DNA of 64,000 nucleotides from Trueperaceae bacterium (GTDB taxonomy: Bacteria > Deinococcota > Deinococci > Deinococcales > Trueperaceae). The stretch covers positions 1,024,001 to 1,088,000 of the forward strand of contig CBDCDZ010000004.1 of assembly GCA_965215565.1 (NCBI GenBank), in the 5' to 3' direction. The position numbers were made by a program, and so were the translations under genes. The notes under the pieces are model-generated. The model was not told the DNA's origin and ran no database searches. It saw only the letters and a program-made list of their open reading frames with translations. The first letter of the stretch is position 1; every line of letters starts with the position of its first letter. This document shows, piece by piece, positions 1 through 10,661 of the stretch.

Positions 1-2
1 AT

Positions 3-206
3 GTCGGTTGGAAGGGGCAGAAGCGCTATTTTGGCAGTGTGATTCACATGGATATTAAAAAAGGCAAGGTTTGGATTCAGCACGACGGCACGGAGTATGG
101 CGTGGCAAACGACTTGCTGGAGCATGGGATTCCTAAAGAGGACATTGTCCTCGGTTTCCATCATCCTTTTCAGCGTCAGTTAGGTGACTTCGCTGTGGGC
201 GAGTGA
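3..206 (+). CDS. xisI: XisI-family protein, C-terminal part (5' truncated by window)
   Basis: Frame from nt 3 reads VGWKGQKRYFGSVIHMDIKKGKVWIQHDGTEYGVANDLLEHGIPKEDIVLGFHHP..., the XisI signature; stop overlaps cimA ATG (TGATG). Confidence 0.85.
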   Translation, partial: VGWKGQKRYFGSVIHMDIKKGKVWIQHDGTEYGVANDLLEHGIPKEDIVLGFHHPFQRQLGDFAVGE

Positions 207-1775
207 TGGTTGAAATCTACGACACCACCCTCCGCGACGGTACCCAAGGGCAAGGTTTCAACCTGACCTCAGAAGATAAAGTCGCCATCGCCAAACGTTT
301 GGACGCTTTCAGCGTGGACTTCATCGAGGGCGGCTGGCCCGGCTCGAACCCCAAAGACGTGCGCTTTTTCGAGCTGATGAAAGAGGTGCCGCTCGTCCAT
401 GCACGTTTGGCGGCGTTCGGCTCGACGCGGCGCAAAGGCGTATCACCAGAAGACGACACGAATTTGCAGACGCTTTTGGCAGCAGAGACGCCCGTAGTGA
501 CGATTTTCGGGAAGTCGTGGAATCTGCATGTGGTGGAGGCGTTGGGCGCGACGCTGGAAGAGAATTTAGAGATGATCCGTGACTCGGTAGCGTTCTTAAA
601 ATCACAGGGGAAGTTCGTTATTTACGATGCGGAGCACTTTTTTGATGGACATAAAGCGAATGGGGAGTATGCGTTCAAGACATTACGAGCAGCCGCAGAC
701 GGCGGCGCAGACAGGCTCGTGCTGTGTGACACGAATGGCGGGTCATTGCCGCAAGAGGTTGAAACGCTTGTGACGCAGGTAAGAGAACGCTTCGATGTCC
801 CTGTCGGGATTCATGCCCATAATGACTGTGAATTGGCAGTGGCGAATTCGCTCTCGGCAGTTCAATCAGGCGCAACCCACATCCAGGGAACCGTCAACGG
901 CTACGGTGAGCGGTGCGGCAACGCGAACCTCATCTCGGTCATTCCGAACTTAGCGCTTAAATTGGGTTTTGAGCAACCGCAGGATTTAGCGGGGCTTCGT
1001 GACCTCTCGAGATACGTAGATGAACGCGCGAACATGCAGCCGAACTCGAGGGCGGCGTATGTGGGCGACGCCGCCTTCGCCCATAAGGGCGGCGTGCACG
1101 TTTCAGCGGTCAACAAAAACCCGGAAACGTATGAACATATCGCACCGGAAGAGGTAGGCAACAATCGCAATGTCCTCCTCTCTGACCTCTCGGGGCGAGC
1201 GAACGTCTTGGCGAAGTACGGCGACGAGGGTAAGGTGCAAGAGGTCGTGGCGCGGCTCAAGGAGTTGGAGCATCGCGGGTATGCGTTTGAAGGGGCCGAG
1301 GCGTCGTTTCACCTCATGAGCCAAAAGGTGAGAGGTAAGTACCAGCCCTACTTCATCCTGCACGGCTACCGCGTCAATATCGACAAGCGCGATCAGGACA
1401 ACGAGCCGATGTGCGAGGCGACGATTAAGGTCGAGGTGGGGGGGCAGTTGGAGCACACCGCCGCGACGGGTGACGGTCCGGTGAACGCTTTAGACGCTGC
1501 ACTGGGCAAAGCCCTCATGCGCTTTCTACCCGATGCTTAGCACGCTCACGCTCACCGACTACAAGGTGCGCGTCTTGTCCGGTCCCGAAACGGGTACGGC
1601 GAGTGTGGTGCGCGTCCAGGTCGAAGTGACTGATGGCGAGAGTACCTGGGGAACGGTTGGCGCGGATAAAAACATCATCGACGCCTCGTACGAAGCGCTC
1701 ATTGACGCGATTGAATACAAGCTGTTTCGGGATAAGGTCGCGCCTAAGTTAAACCCCGTGGGTGAGAACGCCTAA
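206..1775 (+). CDS. cimA: Citramalate synthase (LeuA/CimA family), interrupted by a one-base frameshift near 1522-1526
   Basis: YDTTLRDGTQG, GGWPGSNPKD, HAHND, GYGERCGN, AFAHKGGVH; the C-terminal regulatory domain (LTDYKVRVL...VGADKNIIDASYEAL) continues in the 1533-1775 frame. Confidence 0.85.
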
Positions 1776-2084
1776 GATTTGTAGGCAAGAGGTCGTGAGA
1801 AAATATACATTGGCGTATGCAGGGCTCGAGCCACTCAACACGAAGGCGCTTCGAGCTTCTTTTCTGGCACAACCTTGGCAAAACAGCAGTTTGGCCTCTC
1901 TCACGAAGGGAACGCTGGTAACAGTTTCCTGACATGATAGGACACGCTAGCACAGATATTATCCCGTGACGTACGTGCCAGACGGTACCTTGTAAACTAA
2001 GAGCGTTCGTGACCAAATGAGGTTCCACTCTCAGGCAAAGCCGAGCGGGACGGCTTCGCTGAGACCTGCTTGACATCGTGAAAA

Positions 2085-2114
2085 TTGACACGCACGCTCA
2101 CCGAACGCTATAAT
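2085..2114 (+). promoter_or_regulatory. Sigma70-type promoter for gltB
   Basis: TTGACA-18 nt-TATAAT about 207 nt upstream of the gltB ATG. Confidence 0.7.
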
Positions 2115-2321
2115 TACCCTTGCGCCGCTCACAATGCAGGTCGCACATCTTCATCACCATGCTTAACAAGTGCATGAACTCTCACAGCATGTGACGCTTT
2201 ACCTCACGACTGTCGAAACTCTTAGAAATTTCAGTCGGTAGGTTGTCTCGTTAGCTTTATTTGTACAGCTTAACTATCTAGTTCAATATTGGTTTGTCCG
2301 GGGGCAGGAAGGAAAGACCTG

Positions 2322-5300
2322 ATGACGAGATATTCTGACTTTCAGTCGTTGGCGTATCCGCACGAGCGCGACGCTTGTGGGGTGGGCTTTGTTGCTGATA
2401 TAGAGGGACGCAGGACGCACAAGATTTTAGAGCACGCGCTCTCGGCGCTCTGCAACCTCTCGCACCGGGGCGCGGTCAGCGCGGACGGGCTCACGGGCGA
2501 CGGCGCGGGCGTCTTGACGCAGATTCCGCACAAACTGTTTCGGCGGGAGTTGGCGGCGCAGGGTATCCGTTTGGAAAGAAACAGTGACCTCGCAGTGGGC
2601 AGCTTCTTCGTCTCGAATTTCGCACCGGAAGAAGAGATTTTTGATCTTATTGATGAGGTTATTACGGACTCTAAGCTCCCCCTCCTCATATGGCGCGACG
2701 TACCCACGAACGACGACGCCTTAGGTGACGAGGCCCGCCGCCGCCGCCCCGTCATCCGTCAAATTTTGCTGGGGCGTCCCGAGGGGTTGGACGATGCCGC
2801 CTTCGAGCGCACGCTCTACCTCACGCGCAAGCGGATTGAGAATAGGCTCTTTGACGCCGACTTGGGTCGCGTTTACATCTCCTCGTTCTCGCATCAAACG
2901 CTTTCTTATAAAGGCTTGATGGTCGCGCCGCAACTGAGCGCCTTCTACCTCGACCTCGCCGACTCCGACTATGAAACCGCGCTCACCGTCTTTCACCAGC
3001 GCTACTCGACGAATACCTTTCCGCGTTGGTCTTTGGCGCAGCCTTTTAGATTTCTAGCGCATAACGGCGAAATCAACACGCTTCAAGGCAATGTGAACTT
3101 TATGCGGGCTCGGGAGATGGTCTTAAAGAGCGGCGTGTGGGGCGACAACACAAACGACCTCATGCCGATTATCGAACCCGGCGGCAGCGACTCGGCGGCT
3201 TTAGATAACGCCTTCGAACTCCTCACGCTTTCCGGGCGTGACCTCTTGCACACGCTGATGATGCTCGTGCCACAAGCCTATGAGGAGAACGCGCAGCTTG
3301 ACCCTGAGTTGCGCGGCTTCTACGAATACCACGCCGCGCTGATGGAGCCCTGGGACGGTCCCGCCGCGCTTGCCCTTTCGGACGGGCGCATGGCGGTGGC
3401 GGCGCTAGACCGCAATGGGTTGCGCCCCCAGCGCTATTGGATCAGCGAAGAGGGCACGGTTGTGGTCGGTTCGGAAGCGGGCATGGTCTCACTTCCGGGT
3501 GAAACCATCATCGAGAGGGGGCGGCTCGGTCCAGGGATGATGCTAGCGGTGGACACAGAAAATCACCGTGTGCTGCACGACGCCGACATCAAAAAAGAGG
3601 TGGCGTCGCGTCAGCCTTATGCACAGTGGATAGATGAGCACATGTTGCGCCCAGAGCCGCAGCCTGACGCGGTTGCGGCGAGAGGTTGGGAAGCGGGTGC
3701 GCTGCTCCGGGCTCAGAGCGTGTTCGGCTACCACAAGGAAGAGATTGAGCGCATCTTCGAGCCGATGGTCTTCGGCGCGAAAATCCCGGTCGGTTCGATG
3801 GGTGACGACACGCCTCTAGCGGTGCTTTCGGAGCAACCGCAAGGGCTGTACCGCTACTTCAAACAGCGCTTTGCGCAGGTCACGAACCCGCCGATTGACC
3901 CGTTGCGCGAACGGCTGGTGATGTCCTTAGAGACCGTCGTCGGACCGCGTGGCAGCATCTTGGAGGAGGATGAGAGGTCGGCAAGGGTGATGGAGTTCGA
4001 CTCGCCCGTGTTGGACGAGGGGACGTTCAACTGGTTGCGCACGCAGACTTTGTATAGGGTTTGCACGCTGCAAACGTCTTTCGAAGTAGCGGAAGGACCA
4101 GAAGCCTTAGAGAGTGCTCTGGAACTCCTCTGCCGAAGCGCAGAAGAGGCCGTTAGAGGGGGCTGCGGCGTCCTCGTCCTCTCGGACCGCGAGGTGGACA
4201 GCGAGTGGGCTCCCATCCCGATGCTTTTAGCGACGGCGGCGGTGCATCACCACCTCTTGAAGCTCGGACTGCGCACTCGCACGGCGCTGGTATGCGATAC
4301 GGGCGAGCCGAGAGAAGACCATCACATTGCGTGCTTGATCAGTTACGGCGCGGCGCTGGTGCATCCCTATTTAGGCTTTGCGAGTGCGCGGGACGTGGCA
4401 CAAAACACTAAGCGCGAAGAACCGATTGACCCCGAAGTCGCGGTGGCGAACTACAAGAAAGTTTTAGAAAAAGGTCTCCTCAAAATCATGTCCAAAATGG
4501 GCATCTCGGCGGTGTCGTCGTACCGAGGGGCACAAATTTTTGAAGCCATCGGCGTGAGTCAAGAGGTGATTGACCGTTACTTCGTGGGAACGCCGAGTCG
4601 CATCGGAGGCGCAGATTTAGAGGTCTTCGGGGCGGATATGTTGCAATTTCACGCCGAGGCGTTTGGCGAGAATCCGGCACTCCAAGACCGAGGCGTGTAC
4701 CGCTTCCGCAAGTCGGGCGAGTACCACGCGCTCAATCCGCTCGTGTTCAAGGCACTCCACAAGGCGGTGCGCACGGAGAGTTTCGAAGCGTTTGAGGAGT
4801 ACGCGAAGCGCGTGGACGAGCGTCCGGTGTGCAACTTGCGCGACCTCTTGCAGTACAAAAAAGCGGACGCGCCCCTCCCGTTAGACGAGGTCGAACCCGT
4901 TGAAAATATCGTGCGGCGCTTTACCACTCAGGCGATGAGTCATGGATCGGTCTCGAGAGAGACCCACGAAACCCTCTCCGTTGCTATGAACCGCCTTAAC
5001 GCCAAGAGCAACTCGGGCGAGGGGGGCGAGGACCCGGTGCGCTTTACGCCCTACGAGCGGGACATGGGCGACTCGGACGCCTACCACAGCCCCTGGCACC
5101 CTAAAGCAGGCGACTGGGGCAACAGCGCCATCAAACAGGTCGCCTCGGGTCGTTTTGGCGTGACGCCGGATTATCTAGTGTCGGCTAAAGAACTCGAGAT
5201 CAAGATGGCCCAAGGCTCCAAACCCGGCGAAGGCGGACAGATTCCCGGTCACAAGGTCAACGAGGAAATCGCTCGCATCCGCCGCTCGGTCCCCGGCGTC

Positions 5301-6911
5301 ACCCTCATCTCGCCGCCGCCGCACCACGACATCTACTCGATCGAGGACTTGGCGCAGCTTATCTATGACCTCAAGCGGGTGAATAAGGAGGCTCGAGTTG
5401 GGGTCAAGCTCGTCGCTACCGCTGGCGTCGGCACGGTGGCGGCGGGCGTCGCCAAAGGCTACGCGGATAACATCCAGATTTCCGGCAACGACGGCGGTAC
5501 GGGCGCGTCGCCTCTCTCCTCGGTCAAGCACGCGGGTGTCCCTTGGGAACTCGGGCTAGCCGAAGCGCAGCAAGTCTTGATCGAAAACGACTTGCGCGGG
5601 CGTGTCTCGTTGCGCGTGGACGGCGGTATGAAGACGGGGCGCGACGTCATCGTCGGGGCGCTTTTGGGCGCAGAAGAGTACGGCTTCGGCACGGCGGCGC
5701 TCGTGGCGGCAGGCTGCGCCATGATTCGGCAGTGTCACCTCAACACCTGTCCGGTGGGTGTGGCGACGCAGCGCGAGGACTTGCGCGCGAAGTATCCGGG
5801 GCAGCCCGAGCACGTCGTTAATTTCATGGTCTACGTGGCGCAGCAAGTGCGCATGATTTTAGCGGAGATGGGCTTTAGAAGTTTGGATGATGTGGTTGGG
5901 CGCGTGGACCTCTTGGAAGCGAAAGAGGTGGCGCTGCCCAAAGCGAAGCTCGACCTCTCCACTATCTTGCGCGACGCGGACCCGACTGGGGAAAAGCCGC
6001 GCCGCTCGCTAGCCAGGCACAATGACCGCCCCGAAGAAGAGGTGCCGCTCGATGAAATCATCTGGCAGGACGCGGTGAATACGGTTCAGACGCAGCAACC
6101 TCTTTTCAAGCGCTATCAGATTACCAATCGTGAACGCTCGGTAGGCGCAAGGCTATCCGGTGAGATTGCCAGAGTCCATCCGCATGGCTTACCCGCCGGG
6201 ACGATTCGGCTTCACATCGAAGGGATTGCGGGTCAGACCTTTGGCGTCTTTAACAGCGCTGGGGTGACGTTAGATTTAGAGGGCGAAGCCCAAGACTATG
6301 TCGGCAAAGGGATGGCGGGGGGTGAAATCATCGTAAGACCGCGTGAAGGCGCTGCGCTCGCCCCGCAGGAGAACGCCATCATCGGCAATACGGTGATGTA
6401 CGGCGCGACGGGCGGTAGCCTCTACGCGGCGGGGCTCGCGGGCGAACGCCTCTGCGTGCGTAACTCGGGGGGACGCGCGGTTGTGGAAGGGTGTGGCGAT
6501 CACGGTTGCGAGTACATGACGGGCGGCGTCACAGTCGTGCTCGGTAAGACCGGACGCAACTTCGGCGCGGGCATGTCGGGTGGGGTGGCGTATGTGCTCG
6601 ACACAGATGGAACGTTTGCGGACAACCTCAACCCCGAGATGGTCACCTTGGAGCGCGTTGCGCCGGGAATTGACGAAGACCTCCTCAGGGCGATGATAGA
6701 ACGTCACGCGGCGCTCACCGGCAGCCCGAAGGCGCAAGCGCTGCTCGAGGACTGGCAAACCACCCTCTCACAGTTCTGGAAAGTCGCGCCGCATCCGAGT
6801 ATGGAAGACGCGGCGGCGGCGGAGCAAAATATCAAGGTGGTCGAGGCGGCGGCGCTAAGGGCTGTGCAACTAGAACGAGATGCACAGCGCGCCAATCCGA
6901 CAGCGCTCTGA
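2322..6911 (+). CDS. gltB: Glutamate synthase large subunit (no adjacent gltD; possibly ferredoxin-dependent)
   Basis: HERDACGVGF, HQRYSTNTFP, AHNGEINT, EPWDGPAA, KSNSGEGGED, KMAQGSKPGEGG, C-terminal GXGXG domain; ATG at 2322 after GGAAGGA. Confidence 0.95.
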   Translation: MTRYSDFQSLAYPHERDACGVGFVADIEGRRTHKILEHALSALCNLSHRGAVSADGLTGDGAGVLTQIPHKLFRRELAAQGIRLERNSDLAVGSFFVSNFAPEEEIFDLIDEVITDSKLPLLIWRDVPTNDDALGDEARRRRPVIRQILLGRPEGLDDAAFERTLYLTRKRIENRLFDADLGRVYISSFSHQTLSYKGLMVAPQLSAFYLDLADSDYETALTVFHQRYSTNTFPRWSLAQPFRFLAHNGEINTLQGNVNFMRAREMVLKSGVWGDNTNDLMPIIEPGGSDSAALDNAFELLTLSGRDLLHTLMMLVPQAYEENAQLDPELRGFYEYHAALMEPWDGPAALALSDGRMAVAALDRNGLRPQRYWISEEGTVVVGSEAGMVSLPGETIIERGRLGPGMMLAVDTENHRVLHDADIKKEVASRQPYAQWIDEHMLRPEPQPDAVAARGWEAGALLRAQSVFGYHKEEIERIFEPMVFGAKIPVGSMGDDTPLAVLSEQPQGLYRYFKQRFAQVTNPPIDPLRERLVMSLETVVGPRGSILEEDERSARVMEFDSPVLDEGTFNWLRTQTLYRVCTLQTSFEVAEGPEALESALELLCRSAEEAVRGGCGVLVLSDREVDSEWAPIPMLLATAAVHHHLLKLGLRTRTALVCDTGEPREDHHIACLISYGAALVHPYLGFASARDVAQNTKREEPIDPEVAVANYKKVLEKGLLKIMSKMGISAVSSYRGAQIFEAIGVSQEVIDRYFVGTPSRIGGADLEVFGADMLQFHAEAFGENPALQDRGVYRFRKSGEYHALNPLVFKALHKAVRTESFEAFEEYAKRVDERPVCNLRDLLQYKKADAPLPLDEVEPVENIVRRFTTQAMSHGSVSRETHETLSVAMNRLNAKSNSGEGGEDPVRFTPYERDMGDSDAYHSPWHPKAGDWGNSAIKQVASGRFGVTPDYLVSAKELEIKMAQGSKPGEGGQIPGHKVNEEIARIRRSVPGVTLISPPPHHDIYSIEDLAQLIYDLKRVNKEARVGVKLVATAGVGTVAAGVAKGYADNIQISGNDGGTGASPLSSVKHAGVPWELGLAEAQQVLIENDLRGRVSLRVDGGMKTGRDVIVGALLGAEEYGFGTAALVAAGCAMIRQCHLNTCPVGVATQREDLRAKYPGQPEHVVNFMVYVAQQVRMILAEMGFRSLDDVVGRVDLLEAKEVALPKAKLDLSTILRDADPTGEKPRRSLARHNDRPEEEVPLDEIIWQDAVNTVQTQQPLFKRYQITNRERSVGARLSGEIARVHPHGLPAGTIRLHIEGIAGQTFGVFNSAGVTLDLEGEAQDYVGKGMAGGEIIVRPREGAALAPQENAIIGNTVMYGATGGSLYAAGLAGERLCVRNSGGRAVVEGCGDHGCEYMTGGVTVVLGKTGRNFGAGMSGGVAYVLDTDGTFADNLNPEMVTLERVAPGIDEDLLRAMIERHAALTGSPKAQALLEDWQTTLSQFWKVAPHPSMEDAAAAEQNIKVVEAAALRAVQLERDAQRANPTAL

Positions 6912-6958
6912 CACCTCTTTTTCGATCCTACCTGCGTCTCGAGATCGATTGATTCTCA

Positions 6959-7060
6959 CGCAGGTATTATCTATAAACGTGCGAGCTAAACAAAGCCTTT
7001 TTCACTAAGCGCGTTTGTGACCAGCTCCGACCAACGGGAGACAGACTTTAGTACCTGCTT
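6959..7060 (-). repeat. Family-1 (111-bp core) dispersed element, partial, with 23-nt insert
   Basis: CGCAGGTATTATC...GTGCGAGCTAAAC...GACCAG[CTCCGACCAACGGGAGACAGACT]TTAGTACCTGCT; near-identical insert in the 18598 copy. Confidence 0.7.
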
Positions 7061-7090
7061 AGGTGGGATTTTTCATTTTTACGCGCTAAT

Positions 7091-10000
7091 GTGACTGGCT
7101 ATACTGCACAAGTGACACTCCTTTTCGGCTTACTCATCGGCTTAGGCTTAGGGTATATAGGAACGCGGCTGAGCCGCCGCCCCTTCAAAAACCGGCGGAG
7201 TAAAAACTCAGCGCTCTCACGCTTACGGCAGATACTCAAGCGGAGCGAAAGGCGCTATTTGGACCTGGAGACCGCCGCGCAGCAGCAGCGGGCGCAGTGG
7301 GCGCTTTTAGAGCAGGTGCGCGGGACGTTGGCGCAGGAACAGGGCGCGAGCGCCATCTTGAAAAGCGCGGCTGAAATCATCGCCGACAAGACCCCTTACC
7401 GGGGCGTGAGCATCTCTTTAGTCGAAGGTAACGTCCTTACGGCGCGCTATAACGCGGGGAATATAGAGAGCGAAAGCGTCGTCTTTCAACCCCTTCTGTT
7501 CGACGCCTATCTCCAACCGAGCGGGGACGCCGCTAAGCCTGTAGCCATCACGACAACGCTCAGGGCAACTCGAACGACCATTACCGAACTCACCGTGCCG
7601 CTCTTCGACGGGCTGCGTATGACGGGGACGCTCAGCGTTCAGGGGCACACGCTCACGCAGAGCGACCGTGACCTCCTAAACGTGCTCAGCAAAGAGGTGA
7701 GCGCAGCGCTAGAGCGCTCGAGGCTCCTCAGTGACGTGCGCCAGAGCGAAGCGAATTTGCAAGACTTTTTGGACAACGCTAGCGATCTCATCCAGAGCGT
7801 TTCACCGGACGGCCACTTCTTCTACGTCAACCAAACTTGGAAGAACACGCTCGGCTATGACGACACGGACCTAGCCCAACTCACCCTCTTCGAACTGATC
7901 CATCCCGAGAGCAAGGCGCACTGCGCCGCGACGTTTGAGCGCGTTTTGAGAGGCGAAGAGGTAGGCAGCGTCGAAGCGGTTTTTTTAGCGAAGGATGGGC
8001 GGCGCGTGCGCGTGCGCGGCAACGTGAACTGCCGCTTCGAAGGAGGCGAGCCCGTCGCGACGCGCAGCATCTTTAGAGACGTGACCGAAGCGGCGGAGGC
8101 GGAGGCGTCGCTGCGGCACTATCAGCGGCAGTTAGAGGAGAAGAACAGCCGCCTGGAGCGGCAGGGGCGCGACTTAGTGCAGTTGGCGGAGTTTCGCCGA
8201 GTCCTAGTAGCGTTCGTCAACGACACGCTGCGCGGGGGGGCGCTCGGCGAGACGTTCTATCAGCAGCTTTTGGAGTGCGCGGTGCGGGCGATTCCGGGGG
8301 CGCAAGCAGGCAGCTTGCTGCTGCGACACGAAGAGACGGGCGACTACACATTCGTTGCGGCGGTCAACTTCGACTTAGCCAAGCTCAGAAAGATCAGGTT
8401 TAGCGCAGACGAACTCTCCTTTCGGAAGGGCGAAGGAGACAGCGTCCCGCGACTCGTCAAAGATTACGGCTTTAGCGCAAAGTTTGGGGAGACGCGCCAG
8501 AGCCTCTTGGCGGAGGCGGGGCGCGTCGGTGAGATTGCGGTGTCGCTGAGCGTGCCTGTACTGGTAAGCGGCGGCGCGGCGGCGTTTTTGAACCTCGACA
8601 ACTTCGGGGACGCCGAGGCGTTCGGCGAGGAAGCCGTCGCACTGACCGAGGCGTTCGCGTCACAGGTCGGCGTGCTGATGACGCGGCTCAATCTGGAGGC
8701 TGAACTTCAGGCTAGGGGGCGCGACATCGAACATGCGAACGTCGAGTTGGCGCGGGCGAACCGCCTAAAGAGCGAGTTTCTAGCGAACATGTCCCACGAA
8801 CTTCGCACGCCCCTAACCGCCATTATCGGCTTCTCCGAACTCTTGAAAGAGGAGCTGTTCGGTCCCCTCAACGAGAAGCAGACGGACTACGTGAGAGACA
8901 TTTTGGAGGCGGGTCATCACCTCTTGGCGCTCATCAACGACATTTTAGACCTCTCCAAAATCGAAGCCGGGCAGATGGAGCTTGCGCCCGCCGAAGTAGA
9001 CGTCGCGGAACTCTTAGAGGGCGTCTTGAGCGTGATCCGCGAGCGGGCGCAGCGCGCCGAACTGACGCTGCACGCGGCGCTGCCCCCCGAGTTGCCGCTC
9101 AGCGCTGACCCCCGCAAGCTCAAGCAGGTGCTCTACAATCTGCTCTCCAACGCGGTGAAGTTCACGCCGCTAGGGGGCGAGGTGCACCTCTTAGTGGAAG
9201 AACGCCCCGACGCCGTGCACTTCTTCGTCACTGACACGGGCATCGGCATCGGCGAGGCGGACATGGGCGGGCTCTTCCAGGAGTTCTCGCAGGTGGACAG
9301 CTCGCTGTCGCGGCGGCACGACGGCACAGGCTTGGGACTCGCCCTCTCGAAGCGTCTGGTCGAGCTTCATGGCGGCGCGATTTGGGTGGAGAGCGAGGTG
9401 GGTAAGGGGAGCACGTTCGGATTCTCCATCCCCAAGGCGCAGGTCCCAGCAGCTTTGCCGAAGAGAACAGAGCGTTCGGAGCAGACCGGACGCCGCGCCC
9501 TCGTCATCGAAGACGACGAGCGCACCGCGAACTTGCTCTGCGCCTACTTGGAGACGGGCGGCTTCGAAGTTTTACGGGCGGCAAACGGCTTGGAAGGGAT
9601 AAAACTCGTTAGAGAGCACCGCCCCGACGTGGTGACCTTAGACATCATGATGCCCGTGATGAGCGGTTGGAGCTTTTTGGAGGCGCTTGGGAGCGAGCCA
9701 GACCTCGCCACGACACCTGTCGTCGTCGTATCGGTAGTCAATCCTGCGCTAGAAGAGGCGCTGCCAAACGCGGCGGCGCAGCTCAAGAAGCCCGTCGAGC
9801 GCGAGACGTTTCTAAGCATGTTAAATGACGTGCTAGCGAGAGACGCTTCACCTCTGGCGTTGTCGCGGGCGGACGTGCGAGCAGACGTGCACGCGCAGAG
9901 GGGCGGTGCTCAAGGCGAGGAAGAGAGCCGACAGTCTCACCAGCAGGCGGAAGCTTCAGATGAATGTTCGCCCAATCAGAATGCGCGGGAGGTCTTAGAG

Positions 10001-10174
10001 CACCTCGCCGCCACCCACCCTGACCTCACGGTGCGCGACCTCGAGCTGCCCGATACGCTCAGCAAAATTCGCACGAGCGACAGTTTGTCCATCATGGTCT
10101 TGTCACGACAAGCTGAGCCAGAGCGCACCCAGCAGAGCGCGAAAGTGGCGTCACAAGGGGTTCACGTTGAGTAG
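7091..10174 (+). CDS. Hybrid sensor histidine kinase (TM-GAF-PAS-GAF-HisKA-HATPase-REC)
   Basis: FLANMSHELRTPL H-box, NLLSNAVKFT, DTGIGI, GTGLGL, GKGSTF; receiver LVIEDD...LDIMMP; PAS FLDNASDLIQSVSPDG. Confidence 0.9.
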   Translation: MTGYTAQVTLLFGLLIGLGLGYIGTRLSRRPFKNRRSKNSALSRLRQILKRSERRYLDLETAAQQQRAQWALLEQVRGTLAQEQGASAILKSAAEIIADKTPYRGVSISLVEGNVLTARYNAGNIESESVVFQPLLFDAYLQPSGDAAKPVAITTTLRATRTTITELTVPLFDGLRMTGTLSVQGHTLTQSDRDLLNVLSKEVSAALERSRLLSDVRQSEANLQDFLDNASDLIQSVSPDGHFFYVNQTWKNTLGYDDTDLAQLTLFELIHPESKAHCAATFERVLRGEEVGSVEAVFLAKDGRRVRVRGNVNCRFEGGEPVATRSIFRDVTEAAEAEASLRHYQRQLEEKNSRLERQGRDLVQLAEFRRVLVAFVNDTLRGGALGETFYQQLLECAVRAIPGAQAGSLLLRHEETGDYTFVAAVNFDLAKLRKIRFSADELSFRKGEGDSVPRLVKDYGFSAKFGETRQSLLAEAGRVGEIAVSLSVPVLVSGGAAAFLNLDNFGDAEAFGEEAVALTEAFASQVGVLMTRLNLEAELQARGRDIEHANVELARANRLKSEFLANMSHELRTPLTAIIGFSELLKEELFGPLNEKQTDYVRDILEAGHHLLALINDILDLSKIEAGQMELAPAEVDVAELLEGVLSVIRERAQRAELTLHAALPPELPLSADPRKLKQVLYNLLSNAVKFTPLGGEVHLLVEERPDAVHFFVTDTGIGIGEADMGGLFQEFSQVDSSLSRRHDGTGLGLALSKRLVELHGGAIWVESEVGKGSTFGFSIPKAQVPAALPKRTERSEQTGRRALVIEDDERTANLLCAYLETGGFEVLRAANGLEGIKLVREHRPDVVTLDIMMPVMSGWSFLEALGSEPDLATTPVVVVSVVNPALEEALPNAAAQLKKPVERETFLSMLNDVLARDASPLALSRADVRADVHAQRGGAQGEEESRQSHQQAEASDECSPNQNAREVLEHLAATHPDLTVRDLELPDTLSKIRTSDSLSIMVLSRQAEPERTQQSAKVASQGVHVE

Positions 10175-10544
10175 CGACGCCACTACCCTTCTCGTCGTGG
10201 ACGACAACGAGCTTAACCTGAGGCTGCTCAACGACGTGCTCCTCATGAGAGGTTACAGCGTCACCTTAGCGAGGAGCGGCGAGGAAGCCCTCCAAGAGGC
10301 GCGCCGCACCCCTTTCAACCTCATCTTGATGGACGTGCAGATGCCGGGCATGAGCGGCACGGAAGCGATGCAAACCTTAAAGCGCGACGCGAACTGGCAG
10401 AGCGCACCGATTTTGGCGGTCACTGCGCTCGCCATGCAAGGTGATGAGGTGCAGCTTTTGGAAGCGGGCTTTGACGGGTATATCAGCAAGCCCATCGCCT
10501 ATAAGACGATGCTTCACACGGTAGCGTCGTATTTGCAGACTTGA
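10167..10544 (+). CDS. Single-domain response regulator (CheY/DivK-like)
   Basis: LLVVDDNELN, LMDVQMPGMSG, AVTALAM, GFDGYISKPI; overlaps kinase stop. Confidence 0.9.
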   Translation: MSSDATTLLVVDDNELNLRLLNDVLLMRGYSVTLARSGEEALQEARRTPFNLILMDVQMPGMSGTEAMQTLKRDANWQSAPILAVTALAMQGDEVQLLEAGFDGYISKPIAYKTMLHTVASYLQT

Positions 10545-10550
10545 ATCTTT

Positions 10551-10650
10551 TAGCAGTTCCACAACATATTGAGACAGTTGAGCGCAGATATACCCGCTAA
10601 AGCAGGGCACAGGTCATCCCTTGAAGTGCGTGCTAGTTAGGCACTTTTGC
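10551..10650 (-). repeat. Family-1 dispersed element, partial, with inserts
   Basis: TAGCAGTTCCACAACATATTGAGACAGTTGAGCGCAGAT...TCATCCCTTGAAGTGCGTGCTAGTT, reverse complement of the 18272 copy's right part. Confidence 0.85.
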
Positions 10651-10661
10651 TCGCTCGAGCC

